Below, one piece after another: positions 10,171 to 19,400 of a stretch of DNA of 32,000 nucleotides. The translations under genes and the position numbers were made by a program. Numbering within the stretch: the stretch's first letter is position 1; every line of letters begins with the position of its first letter. Below the pieces are notes generated by a model. The model had not been told where the DNA came from, searched no databases, and worked only from the letters and a program-made list of their open reading frames with translations. The DNA lies in contig NZ_FNLK01000005.1 of the NCBI RefSeq assembly GCF_900105015.1, forward strand, positions 150,001-182,000, written 5' to 3'. The stretch is from Schaalia meyeri (lineage in GTDB: Bacteria > Actinomycetota > Actinomycetes > Actinomycetales > Actinomycetaceae).

Positions 10171-11514
10171 GTGGATCTTTTCGATTCCTGGTCCATCGAC
10201 GAGCTGGGCGTGCCCGCGTTTAACGCGGACGCGCCCCTCGCCGTTCGTATGCGTCCTTCCCGCCTCGAAGAGGTCGTGGGACAGTCGCACCTGCTGGGGG
10301 ATGGTGCACCGCTGCGTCGCCTCCTCGCTCCGGACTCTCACGACGGGGTTGCTGTGTCCTCTGTCGTTTTGTGGGGTCCCCCGGGCACAGGCAAGACGAC
10401 GCTCGCGTACCTGATAGCGCGCGCGCCAAGGCGATACTTCGTGGAGCTTTCGGCCGTCTCTTCCGGGGTCAGCGATGTGCGCGGCGTCGTCGAAGAGGCT
10501 CGACGCAGGCTCGCTGGTGGTGGCGAGGAAACAGTGCTCTTTATTGACGAGGTGCACCGATTCTCGAAGTCGCAGCAGGATTCCCTCCTTCCTGCGGTTG
10601 AGAATCGGTGGGTGGTGCTCGTCGCGGCGACGACGGAAAACCCTTCGTTCTCTGTTATCTCGCCGCTCTTGTCCCGCTCCCTCCTGCTCACGCTGCGTCC
10701 ATTGGAACCTGAAGCAATCGAGAGGCTTATTCGCCGCGCGCTGAAGGATGAACGTGGGCTCGGCGGACGCTTTGCGATCAGCGACGAGGCCGTGTCGGGC
10801 CTCGTTAGCCTGGCGGGGGCTGACGCGCGCAAATCCCTCACCCTCCTTGAGGCCGCCGCGGGAGTCGCGAGCGACGACGACTCCGGCGATATCACGGTGG
10901 AGAGCGTGGAAGCTGCCGCTAACCAGGCGTTGGTTCGGTGGGATCGGGACCAGCACTACGACGTGGCCAGTGCCTTTATTAAGTCGATGCGTGGGTCGGA
11001 CGTCGACGCCGCGCTGCACTATCTGGCCCGAATGATTGAAGCGGGGGAGGACCCCAGATTCATCGCACGCAGGATCATGATCGCCGCGTCGGAAGAGGTC
11101 GGGATGGCCGACCCGCAGGTGCTACCAACCTGCGTCAGCGTCGCCCAGGCCGTCGCGCTCGTCGGGATGCCTGAGGCTCGGCTGCTCCTGGCCCAAGCGG
11201 TCGTCGCCGTCGCGACCGCACCAAAGTCGAACGCAACTTACCTGGCCATCGATCGCGCGCTGGCCGACGTGCGAGCCGGTCGTGGGGGAGTCGTCCCCGC
11301 GCACCTGCGTGATGCCCATTATGCGACCGCGCAGACCTTCGGGCACGGAGACGGCTACCTGTACGCGCACGACCATCCGCACCACGTGGCCGCCCAGCAA
11401 TACCTGCCCGACGACCTTGAAGGCCAGCAATACTACGAGCCAACCGAGAACGGACATGAGGCGATGCTCACGAAGCGGCTCGGTGTGATTCGCAATCTGC
11501 TGAAGAGACGCTAG
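10171..11514 (+). CDS. rarA: Replication-associated recombination protein A (AAA+ ATPase RarA/MgsA)
   Basis: GTG start. PLAVRMRPSRLEEVVGQSHLLGDGAPLRRLL is present, with Walker A GPPGTGKTTLA, Walker B LFIDEVHRFSKSQQD and the C-terminal MgsA domain (ALHYLARMIEAGEDPRFIARR). Confidence 0.92.
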   Translation: MDLFDSWSIDELGVPAFNADAPLAVRMRPSRLEEVVGQSHLLGDGAPLRRLLAPDSHDGVAVSSVVLWGPPGTGKTTLAYLIARAPRRYFVELSAVSSGVSDVRGVVEEARRRLAGGGEETVLFIDEVHRFSKSQQDSLLPAVENRWVVLVAATTENPSFSVISPLLSRSLLLTLRPLEPEAIERLIRRALKDERGLGGRFAISDEAVSGLVSLAGADARKSLTLLEAAAGVASDDDSGDITVESVEAAANQALVRWDRDQHYDVASAFIKSMRGSDVDAALHYLARMIEAGEDPRFIARRIMIAASEEVGMADPQVLPTCVSVAQAVALVGMPEARLLLAQAVVAVATAPKSNATYLAIDRALADVRAGRGGVVPAHLRDAHYATAQTFGHGDGYLYAHDHPHHVAAQQYLPDDLEGQQYYEPTENGHEAMLTKRLGVIRNLLKRR

Positions 11515-11590
11515 GATAGAACAGCTGTCCGCACCGGCGGACGCCTGGGGCCTTAGCCGGCGGATTTTACTTCGATCCAGGAGTTGGCCC

Positions 11591-11613
11591 CATGCCGGGT
11601 GTTCCCCGGCATG
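11591..11613 (+). promoter_or_regulatory. Perfect 9-bp hairpin in the rpsD 5' leader
   Basis: CATGCCGGG-TGTTC-CCCGGCATG lies 25 nt upstream of the rpsD ATG. Function unknown; it could be an S4 autoregulatory or processing structure. Confidence 0.25.
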
Positions 11614-11637
11614 ACACGAGAAACAGGAAGAAGAATC

Positions 11638-12261
11638 ATGGCAACGAATCGTTCCCGTAAGCAGGTGCGCGAGTCACGCGCCCTCGGCCTGGCACTGACC
11701 CCCAAGGCCGTCCGCTACTTCGAGAAGCGCCCCTACGGCCCCGGCGAGCACGGTCGTACCCGCCGCCGCCAGGACTCTGACTACGCCGTTCGTCTGAAGG
11801 AGAAGCAGCGTCTGCGCGCCCAGTACGGCATCCGCGAGTCGCAGCTGCGCCGCACCTTCGAAGAGGCCCGCCGCACCGCTGGCCTGACCGGTGAGAACCT
11901 GGTCGAGCTGCTCGAAATGCGCCTGGATGCTCTGGTGCTGCGCGCCGGCTTCGCCCGCACCATCCAGCAGGCCCGCCAGGTGGTCGTCCACCGACACATC
12001 CTGGTCGACGGCAAGATCGTTGACCGCCCCTCCTTCCGCGTCAAGCCCGGTCAGACCCTGCAGGTCAAGCCGAAGTCGCAGACCACGGTCCCCTTCGAGA
12101 TCGCCGCCGAGGGCATCCACCGCGACGTGCTTCCCGCCGTCCCCGAGTACCTGGATGTTGACCTGGCCCGTCTGAAGGCCACCCTGGTGCGCCGCCCGAA
12201 GCGCGCTGAGGTCCCCGTGACCGTCGACGTGCAGATGGTCGTCGAGCACTACTCGCGCTGA
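11638..12261 (+). CDS. rpsD: 30S ribosomal protein S4
   Basis: ATG 11638 follows AGGAAGAAG. MATNRSRKQVRESRALGLALTPKAVRYFEKRPYGPGEHG...RLDALVLRAGFARTIQQARQVVVHRHILVDG contains the S4 domain. Confidence 0.95.
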   Translation: MATNRSRKQVRESRALGLALTPKAVRYFEKRPYGPGEHGRTRRRQDSDYAVRLKEKQRLRAQYGIRESQLRRTFEEARRTAGLTGENLVELLEMRLDALVLRAGFARTIQQARQVVVHRHILVDGKIVDRPSFRVKPGQTLQVKPKSQTTVPFEIAAEGIHRDVLPAVPEYLDVDLARLKATLVRRPKRAEVPVTVDVQMVVEHYSR

Positions 12262-12276
12262 CACTCGTCCATCCCA

Positions 12277-12302
12277 CGCCCCCGAGCCTGTGCTCGGGGG
12301 CG
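12277..12302 (+). terminator. rpsD terminator hairpin
   Basis: CGCCCCCGAGC-CTGT-GCTCGGGGGCG is a perfect 11-bp stem 16 nt after the rpsD stop, followed by CGGTCGTGTTTAT. Confidence 0.6.
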
Positions 12303-12379
12303 CGGTCGTGTTTATACCTCCGGCCGGTTCTGCGTGCCGATGTGCCGCGATGGGAGCCTACCGGCTACGATGGGGGAAT

Positions 12380-15085
12380 ATGCGTACGTCTGAAATCCGC
12401 ACCCGCTGGCTCGAATACTTCGAGCAGCAGGGGCATGAGATCCGTCCTTCGGTGTCCCTGGTGTCGCCGGAACCATCGATTCTATTCACGATTGCCGGCA
12501 TGGTTCCTTTCATCCCCTACATCACGGGTGTCGAGCCCGCTCCGTGGCCGCGCGCCGCGTCGGTCCAAAAGTGCATCCGAACGAATGACATCGATAACGT
12601 TGGTAAAACGACTCGTCACGGGACGTTCTTTCAGATGAACGGCAACTTCTCCTTCGGTGACTACTTCAAGGAGGGTGCGATCGACTACGCGTGGGAGCTC
12701 CTGACGACGCCCCAGGCGCAGGGCGGCTACGGTCTGGACGGCGATCGCCTGTGGATGACGATCTGGGAGAAGGACGAGGTATCCTTCACTCACTGGACCA
12801 AGACCATCGGCGTCGATCCCGAGCGCGTCCAGCGGCTCCCGTTCGAGGAGATCTCCTGGTCGACGGGGCAGCCGGGACCGGCCGGCGCGTGCTGCGAGAT
12901 CCACTACGATCGCGGTCCCCAATACGGCCCCGACGGCGGGCCGATCGTCGATGTCGCCGGCGACCGCTTCCTCGAGATCTGGAACCTCGTGTTCGATGAG
13001 TTCGTCCGAGGTGAGGGCGAGGGCCACGACTTCGAACTTGTCGGCACGCTCGACAAGACCGCGATCGATACGGGAGCGGGCCTCGAGCGACTCGCCTTCA
13101 TCATGCAGGACAAGCCGAACATGTACGAGATCGACGAGGTGTTCCCCGTCATTGCGGCCGCCCAGGAGATGTCGGGCAAGACCTACGGTCTGGGAGCAGA
13201 GGGTCCGAGCGCCGGAAACGCCTACGAGGACGACGTGCGCCTGCGCGTCGTCGCAGACCACGTTCGCTCCGCCCTGATGCTGATCGGCGACGGCGTGCGC
13301 CCGGGCAACGACGGCCGCGGCTACGTGCTGCGCCGCCTCGTTCGCCGCGCGGTTCGTTCGATGCGCCTGCTGGGTGTCAACGAAGCGGCCATGCCGACCC
13401 TGTTGACTGCGTCGAAGGACGCGATGAAGGCCTCGTACCCGGAGCTCGAAACGAATTGGAAGACGATTTCCGAGGTCGCGTACGCGGAGGAAGACGCATT
13501 TCGGCGCACGCTGAGTGCGGGGACGACGATCCTGGATACCGCGGTGGCCTCGGCGAAGGAAACCAAGGGAGCTCCCGTCATCTCCGGTGCCTCGGCGTTT
13601 TCTCTGCACGACACCTATGGTTTCCCGATCGACCTGACCCTCGAGATGGCCGCCGAGCAGGGCGTCGCCGTCGACGAAGAGGGCTTCCGCACGCTCATGG
13701 CGGAGCAGAAGGAAAGGGCCCGCGCCGACGCGCGGGCGAAGAAGACCGGCCACACCGACGTGAGGGTGTTCCGCGACATCGAGAAGGAGATGGGCGGAGG
13801 GTCAACCTTCCTGGGCTACACGGAGCAGGCGGCCGAGGCGACCGTGCAGGCACTCCTCGTCGGCGGTGTCGCCGCGCCCGCGGCCAGCGCCCCCGCCGAG
13901 GTCGAGGTCGTCCTGGACCGCACGCCTTTCTATGCGGAGATGGGCGGACAGCTGGCCGACCACGGCGTGATCCGTCTGGCGGGCGGCGGAGTCGTCGAGG
14001 TCAACGACGTTCAGGCTCCCATTCGCGGACTCAACGTCCATCGCGGCACCCTCACCGAGGGCGGCATGACGGTCGGCGAAAAGGCATATGCGCAGATCGA
14101 CGGGCAGCGTCGTTTGGATATTGCTCGAGCACACACCGCCACCCACATGGTGTATGCCGGGCTGCGTTCAGTCGTGTCGGAGGACGCAACCCAGGCGGGG
14201 TCGGAGAACTCCCCCTCGCGCCTGCGCTTCGACTTCCGTCACTCCAGCGCTCTTGAGGGCACCCAGCTGGGGGACATCGAAGCGCTGGTCAACGAAAAGC
14301 TCGCTGAGGATCTGGCGGTCACTACCGAGGTGATGAGCATCGATCAGGCGAAGGCGACGGGCGCGATCGCCCTGTTCGGCGAAAAGTACGGCGCGCAGGT
14401 GCGCGTGGTGACGATCGGCGACGGCTTCGATCGGGAGTTGTGCGGTGGCACTCACGTGCCGACCACCGGGCACATCGGCCGCATCACCGTCCTGGGTGAG
14501 GGGTCGATCGGTTCCGGTGTGCGGCGTATCGATGCTCTCGTCGGAGATGGCGCCTACGAGTTCCAAGCCAAGGAACACGCGCTCGTGGCACAGCTGTCGC
14601 AGCTTGTCGGAGGCCGCCCCAACGAGCTCCCCGAGCGCATCGAGACCCTGCTTGCGAAGCTCCGCGATTCCGAAAAGGAACTGGAAAAGATTCGCACCGA
14701 ACAGGCGCTCAGCCGGGGCGCGGACCTCGCGACCTCGGCGGAGCGCGTCGGACAGGTGAGCCTGGTCGCCGCGGACGTTGGCGTGATGCCCGCCGCCGAC
14801 GCGCTGCGCACGCTCGCGCTTGATGTCCGCGACCGTATGGGCAATGAGCGCGGCGCGGTCGTCGCCCTCGGCGGCCTCGTCGGCGGCAAGCCGTCCCTGG
14901 TCGTTGCCACGAACGAGGGAGCACGCGAGCAATCCGTCAAGGCGGGAGCGCTCGTGCGCGCCGTCGGTAAGCACATGGGCGGTGGCGGCGGTGGCCGCGA
15001 CGATATCGCCCAGGGCGGAGGCGCGAAGCCCGAGGGAATAGCGGCGGCGATCGATGCGATCCGCAATGAAATCGAGGCTCTGTGA
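12380..15085 (+). CDS. alaS: Alanine--tRNA ligase
   Basis: ATG 12380 begins MRTSEIRTRWLEYFEQQGHEIRPSVSLV. Also present: FTIAGMVPF, QKCIRTNDIDNVGKTTRHGTFFQMNGNFSFGDYFK, the editing-domain HTATH/CGGTHV zinc motifs and the C-terminal GGGGGGRDDIAQGGG (DHHA1). Confidence 0.95.
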   Translation: MRTSEIRTRWLEYFEQQGHEIRPSVSLVSPEPSILFTIAGMVPFIPYITGVEPAPWPRAASVQKCIRTNDIDNVGKTTRHGTFFQMNGNFSFGDYFKEGAIDYAWELLTTPQAQGGYGLDGDRLWMTIWEKDEVSFTHWTKTIGVDPERVQRLPFEEISWSTGQPGPAGACCEIHYDRGPQYGPDGGPIVDVAGDRFLEIWNLVFDEFVRGEGEGHDFELVGTLDKTAIDTGAGLERLAFIMQDKPNMYEIDEVFPVIAAAQEMSGKTYGLGAEGPSAGNAYEDDVRLRVVADHVRSALMLIGDGVRPGNDGRGYVLRRLVRRAVRSMRLLGVNEAAMPTLLTASKDAMKASYPELETNWKTISEVAYAEEDAFRRTLSAGTTILDTAVASAKETKGAPVISGASAFSLHDTYGFPIDLTLEMAAEQGVAVDEEGFRTLMAEQKERARADARAKKTGHTDVRVFRDIEKEMGGGSTFLGYTEQAAEATVQALLVGGVAAPAASAPAEVEVVLDRTPFYAEMGGQLADHGVIRLAGGGVVEVNDVQAPIRGLNVHRGTLTEGGMTVGEKAYAQIDGQRRLDIARAHTATHMVYAGLRSVVSEDATQAGSENSPSRLRFDFRHSSALEGTQLGDIEALVNEKLAEDLAVTTEVMSIDQAKATGAIALFGEKYGAQVRVVTIGDGFDRELCGGTHVPTTGHIGRITVLGEGSIGSGVRRIDALVGDGAYEFQAKEHALVAQLSQLVGGRPNELPERIETLLAKLRDSEKELEKIRTEQALSRGADLATSAERVGQVSLVAADVGVMPAADALRTLALDVRDRMGNERGAVVALGGLVGGKPSLVVATNEGAREQSVKAGALVRAVGKHMGGGGGGRDDIAQGGGAKPEGIAAAIDAIRNEIEAL

Positions 15086-15570
15086 GCGTGCGGAGGGGAG
15101 TTCGCATCGGCGTGGACGTTGGCACCGTGCGTGTCGGCGTCAGCCGATGTGACCCCGAAGGCATCCTGACGATGCCCGTCGAAACTCTCATTCGATCTTC
15201 TGATCTATCCGATCTTCGCCGACTTGCTGACATTGCTCTTGAACATGATGCGATCGAGTTCATCGTGGGATTGCCGCGCCATCTTCGTGGCGGAGAAGGC
15301 GTATCCGCCAAGGGTGCGCGTAAGTACGCTCGCCGGATCAAGAAGCTCGTCCCCGGCATTCGCGTTGCGATGGTTGACGAGCGCCTCACGTCCAATCAGG
15401 CGCATGCGCGGCTGCGCGCCTCAGGAATCCCCGAGAATGACCACCGCGGGGTCATTGATCAGGTTGCGGCGCAGATCATCCTTGAACAGGCTCTCGAGCT
15501 TGAGCGCATGAGCGGTCGAGCTCCCGGTGAGGAGATCATCCTCGAGACCAGCGAAGGAGCGCACCGATGA
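15082..15570 (+). CDS. ruvX: Putative pre-16S rRNA nuclease / Holliday junction resolvase-like protein YqgF
   Basis: The GTG overlaps the alaS stop (GTGA). RIGVDVGTVRVGVSRCDPEG, FIVGLPRHLRG and VDERLTS are present. Confidence 0.9.
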   Translation: MSVRRGVRIGVDVGTVRVGVSRCDPEGILTMPVETLIRSSDLSDLRRLADIALEHDAIEFIVGLPRHLRGGEGVSAKGARKYARRIKKLVPGIRVAMVDERLTSNQAHARLRASGIPENDHRGVIDQVAAQIILEQALELERMSGRAPGEEIILETSEGAHR

Positions 15571-17006
15571 GCACGCCTCCCACCTATCCTTTTCGCTCGC
15601 GCCGTGAGATTCACTCCGGTGAACCGCGGGTCTACTCCGATGTTCCGCGCGAGGAGGAATCCTCGACAGCGGCGACGCCCACCCCGGTGCGAGGCAACGC
15701 AGTGCGTGCCGCCGCCTCGTCAGATCCCGACCAAACTCCTATTCGTGGGACCAGCATGCGCCGTCGTTCCACGGCTCTTCCTTCCTTCGACGAGGTGACG
15801 GACAGCGGGGTGACTTCGCAAGTTGAAGCTGCCCCCGCGCAAAAGACGGCCTCCGAGCGAGAGATAAACTCCCCCGCGGAAACCACGGGGTTGCGTTCTC
15901 GGCGCCTGGCGAGTGAGCGGCGTGCGGCCCGCAAGCGCAGACGTCGCCGTCGTCTGCGCTCGTTCTTCGTTCTCGTTGTCGTTCTTGGTCTCGTCAGTGG
16001 AGCCGGATACATCGCCTATTCTCAGCTGGTTAACGGCTCTACAACCGCCTCCGATGACTACCCGGGACCCGGTAGCGGCCGCGTCGAGATCACGATCAGC
16101 GAAGACTCCTCCGGTCGCCAGATCGGCCAAACGCTCGTCAACGCCGACGTTATCAAATCAGTGGGCGCTTTTGTGCGCCAGTTTGAGACCAACCGAGCGG
16201 CCCTGACGATCCGCCCGGGTACCTACCGCCTGCAGCAGCAGATGAGCGCTGCGGGAGCTCTCGCCGCCCTGCTGGACGAGACCAATCGCGTGGACTCGAC
16301 GATCACCGTCGGAGCCGGGCAAAAGCTGTCTGAGGTGAAGCAGCGCATCGTCGACATCATGGGGGTCTCGGAATCCGACGTTAACGCTGCGTTCGCCGAC
16401 ACCGAAGCGATTGGTCTTCCCTCCGAGGCCGGCGGCAACGCTGAGGGGTGGCTGCTGCCGGGCTCCTACGAGGTTTCGGAGGGCGATACCCCAACGACCG
16501 TGATCGCACGGATGGTGGCAGGCACCATCCACGAGCTGGATCGCCTCGGAGTCGCGCCTGCGGACCGAGAGACTGTGCTTATCAAGGCCTCGATCGTCGA
16601 TGGCGAAATGAACATCGGCAAGTACATGCCGATGGTCGCCCGCGTGATCGAGAATCGTTTGGCAGACAAGGACGGGGAAACAAAGGGCATGCTCGGCATG
16701 GACTCCACGGTCCTTTACGGCGTGGGTAAGACCAGCGGGGTGCCCAACCAGGAGGACCTCGATAACGACAACCCGTACAACACGCGCCTGCACGCGGGAC
16801 TGCCGCCCACGCCCATCGGCCAGCCCAGCGAGAGGGCCATCAAGGCCGTCCTTAATCCGGCAGAAGGAAACTGGCTCTACTTCGTGACCGTCAATCTCGA
16901 TACGGGAGAAACCCTGTTTGCATCGACCCTTGAGGAACAGGAGAAGAACCGGGAGAAGCTAGTGGAGTACTGCAACGCTAACCCGATGGTTTGCAGCGCG
17001 TCATGA
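15567..17006 (+). CDS. mltG: Endolytic murein transglycosylase MltG (YceG family) with long disordered N-terminal extension
   Basis: The ATG overlaps the ruvX stop (ATGA). A basic stretch RRAARKRRRRRRLR is followed by a TM helix (FFVLVVVLGLVSGAGYIAY). The YceG core carries NPYNTRLHAGLPPTPIGQPSERAIKAVLNPAEGNWLYFV. Confidence 0.9.
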   Translation: MSTPPTYPFRSRREIHSGEPRVYSDVPREEESSTAATPTPVRGNAVRAAASSDPDQTPIRGTSMRRRSTALPSFDEVTDSGVTSQVEAAPAQKTASEREINSPAETTGLRSRRLASERRAARKRRRRRRLRSFFVLVVVLGLVSGAGYIAYSQLVNGSTTASDDYPGPGSGRVEITISEDSSGRQIGQTLVNADVIKSVGAFVRQFETNRAALTIRPGTYRLQQQMSAAGALAALLDETNRVDSTITVGAGQKLSEVKQRIVDIMGVSESDVNAAFADTEAIGLPSEAGGNAEGWLLPGSYEVSEGDTPTTVIARMVAGTIHELDRLGVAPADRETVLIKASIVDGEMNIGKYMPMVARVIENRLADKDGETKGMLGMDSTVLYGVGKTSGVPNQEDLDNDNPYNTRLHAGLPPTPIGQPSERAIKAVLNPAEGNWLYFVTVNLDTGETLFASTLEEQEKNREKLVEYCNANPMVCSAS

Positions 17007-17872
17007 CGTGGGTCGGCGTCATCGGTTCTCCGATTGAGCATTCCCTGTCACCGGTCATTCACCGGGCGGCGTGGGAGGAACTGTGCATCGACGGGTGGGA
17101 GTACCGCCGCATCGAGCAGGATGCCTCGTCTCTCCCCGCCTTCATCGACGGGCTTGACGACGCGTGCCGCGGGCTGTCGGTGACGATGCCCTGCAAGCAG
17201 GCAATTATGCCCCTGCTTGATGTGATCGATCCGCTGGCCGTCGCCGTCGGCGCAGTGAACACCGTTGTGCCATCATCGGGGCTTCTCGTCGGGTTCAACA
17301 CGGACGTCGCAGGTATCGCCTCCGCGATCCGGCGAGCATGCGATCAGGCGGGAATCCCGATCCCGGGCAGCGCCCTCATCCTGGGAGCACGCGCGACAGC
17401 GTCTTCCGCGCTCGCCGCGCTCGGTGAATTGGGGATCACCTTGGCGACTGTGGCGGCTCGTCGCTTTGGCGGACCCGGCTCCGTCATGACGGCTGCCTCG
17501 CGACTAGGCGTGCGCGTTGAGCAGGCGATGTGGGCGGACCTTGAAGGGGTCGCACGGGTGGCGACCGCGTCCGACGTTCTGATTTCTACGTTGCCCGCCG
17601 GGATTGCAGACCCGCTCGCTGCTCTGCTTGCTCCGCGAGAGGGGCAGGTCTTGCTAGACGCCGTCTACACCCCGCGTGATACCGCGCTGCGTTCGGTCTT
17701 CGAACGCGCTGGCGCGGTGGTCGCTGAAGGCACGGATATGCTGGTTTTTCAAGGGGCTGCACAGGTGCAACTCATGACGGGGCAAAGCCCACATTCGGAC
17801 GTGATGAGGCAGGCCCTGGAAGACGAGCTGGCGCGCCGCGCGCGCTCCGGTGGGGGAGGTGTGGATTCGTGA
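17003..17872 (+). CDS. aroE: Shikimate dehydrogenase-like protein (AroE family)
   Basis: ATG 17003 overlaps the mltG stop (ATGA). GSPIEHSLSPVIH, LSVTMPCKQ (catalytic Lys), GAVNTV and GFNTD (catalytic Asp) are present. The dinucleotide loop reads LILGARATAS rather than GAGGA-type (see findings). Confidence 0.8.
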   Translation: MTWVGVIGSPIEHSLSPVIHRAAWEELCIDGWEYRRIEQDASSLPAFIDGLDDACRGLSVTMPCKQAIMPLLDVIDPLAVAVGAVNTVVPSSGLLVGFNTDVAGIASAIRRACDQAGIPIPGSALILGARATASSALAALGELGITLATVAARRFGGPGSVMTAASRLGVRVEQAMWADLEGVARVATASDVLISTLPAGIADPLAALLAPREGQVLLDAVYTPRDTALRSVFERAGAVVAEGTDMLVFQGAAQVQLMTGQSPHSDVMRQALEDELARRARSGGGGVDS

Positions 17873-18561
17873 TCGTCGAGTTGCTGTCGACGCGCATCAG
17901 CGCGGATCTATCCCTTGCGTCGGGCTTTTTGACGTGGGTCATCGTCCTGGCGTGGCTGTGGCGCTCGGGATGGAAGATTCAACGGCGATACTTCGTGGAG
18001 GCAACGCAAACGCCGCTCAGCCGCAACGCCATCGTGTGGGGTGCGGCTATCGTCGGGGCCATCTCTTTCGTTGCAGCTCAGATGCGTCCCGGGATACCGG
18101 CCGTTATGACGGTCTCGATGGTTGGGGCCCTGAGTGCCTACGTTGATGCGCGTACCCATCGCCTGCCCAACGCCTATACGGTGGCCATGGGGATCGGTGT
18201 TGTCGTTGGCGTCGTTGTCGGCATCGTTATTTCTCCCCTGTGGCAGCAGCGGCTGACGGGTTGCCTGATCGGCGCCCTGATCTGGTTTATTCCAATCGCT
18301 GTGTTGAATCGTATTCCCGGTGGAATGGGTGGTGGAGACGTCAAACTAGCCCCCGTCCTCGGTGCGATGGTCGGTTCGGTGGGGATTCATGCGGCTGTCT
18401 TTGCATTAGCGCTGTCCTTCGTGTCAGCCGGCGTGGCCGCCCTCTGGAAGATTGTTGTCGGCTCCGCGGGGACGAAGTCGCGCGTTGCGATGGGACCGTG
18501 GATGATCGGCTCTGCCCTGGTGGGGACGATCGCGTGGGGCGTGATTCCTGACTGGCTGTAG
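17869..18561 (+). CDS. Prepilin peptidase (A24 aspartic peptidase family) membrane protein
   Basis: The GTG overlaps the aroE stop (GTGA). The protein is polytopic and hydrophobic, with both catalytic Asp contexts: DARTHRLPN and GMGGGDVKLAPVLG. Confidence 0.8.
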   Translation: MIVELLSTRISADLSLASGFLTWVIVLAWLWRSGWKIQRRYFVEATQTPLSRNAIVWGAAIVGAISFVAAQMRPGIPAVMTVSMVGALSAYVDARTHRLPNAYTVAMGIGVVVGVVVGIVISPLWQQRLTGCLIGALIWFIPIAVLNRIPGGMGGGDVKLAPVLGAMVGSVGIHAAVFALALSFVSAGVAALWKIVVGSAGTKSRVAMGPWMIGSALVGTIAWGVIPDWL

Positions 18562-18925
18562 GTCGCGACCGGCTTCATTGTGGGCCCGCCAGGTCGGCGC
18601 GGGTCGGGGATGGGACAATGACATCGTAAGTATTTCGATGCGTTCGCATCAGTTTGATCCTATGCGTCTCGGTCGGATTTTGACCTGGCCTGTGCGCGGC
18701 GTCTTTCGTTCGTCGGCCGCATCATGGCCCGTGATCCCCGCCATTTATCGATGGCGCGCATTTGGATACGTGGAGTCCCGCGATAGGGCTGCCGCAGCCG
18801 TGGGGTTGGCCGTGCCGGCATCCGCGTTGGTTCCGCTGGTGGACGGCGTGGGATGTTCCGTCCGTGAGTGTTTTGTTCGATAGCCTTATAAAGGTCGGAT
18901 TGGTTCTCGGTGAAAGGGGAGTGTT

Positions 18926-19400
18926 ATGAGCGTTCTCGATGACATTATTGCGGGGGTCCGACAGGACCTGAAACAGCGCGCAGATCACCTTCCTCTAACC
19001 CGCGTGAAGGAAAGGGAGGAGCGCGTTCGCTCGGCATGGAGGCTCTGGTCGAGACGCACTCGCGTCTGGAGGCGCTGCGCGCGCTCGATGCAGGTGCATC
19101 GATTATCGGCGTGAACGCCCGCAACCTCGAGACTCTCGAGGTTGACCACGCGGAAGTCGAGCAGGTGATCGATGTGATTCTCCCGGATGTTGTTTCGGTG
19201 GCGGAGTCGGGTGTGGCCAGGGAGCACGACGTGTGCGGGTACGCAAAGTGGGGCGCGGACGCCGTCTTGGTAGGGAAGCCCTCGTGACGTCGGATGACCC
19301 GCGCGCAAGTATTCGAGATATGGTGAGTGCAGGGCAACACCCCGCGTTGCGGACGGATCGCAAGGCGCGTGTCGCTGCGGCACGTCAGAAAGGACAGTGA
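18926..19400 (+). pseudogene. trpC: Indole-3-glycerol phosphate synthase (trpC) relic: internal deletion plus frameshift
   Basis: The SD GAAAGGGGAG and ATG 18926 give MSVLDDIIAGVRQDLKQRADHLPLTRVKE (TrpC N-terminus). A different frame from about 19024 gives RSLGMEALVETHSRLEALRALDAGASIIGVNARNLETLEVD...VAESGV...GADAVLVG (TrpC C-terminal third). A third frame from 19275 gives EALVTSDDPRASIRDMVSAGQHP, ending at TGA 19398-19400. About 130 central residues are absent. Confidence 0.8.

Noticed and set aside
18578-18883. 101-aa ORF between the prepilin peptidase gene and the trpC relic
   Set aside because: It has a GTG start without an SD, mediocre GC3 bias compared with neighbouring genes, and no recognisable motif. 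It is kept only as part of the junction finding.
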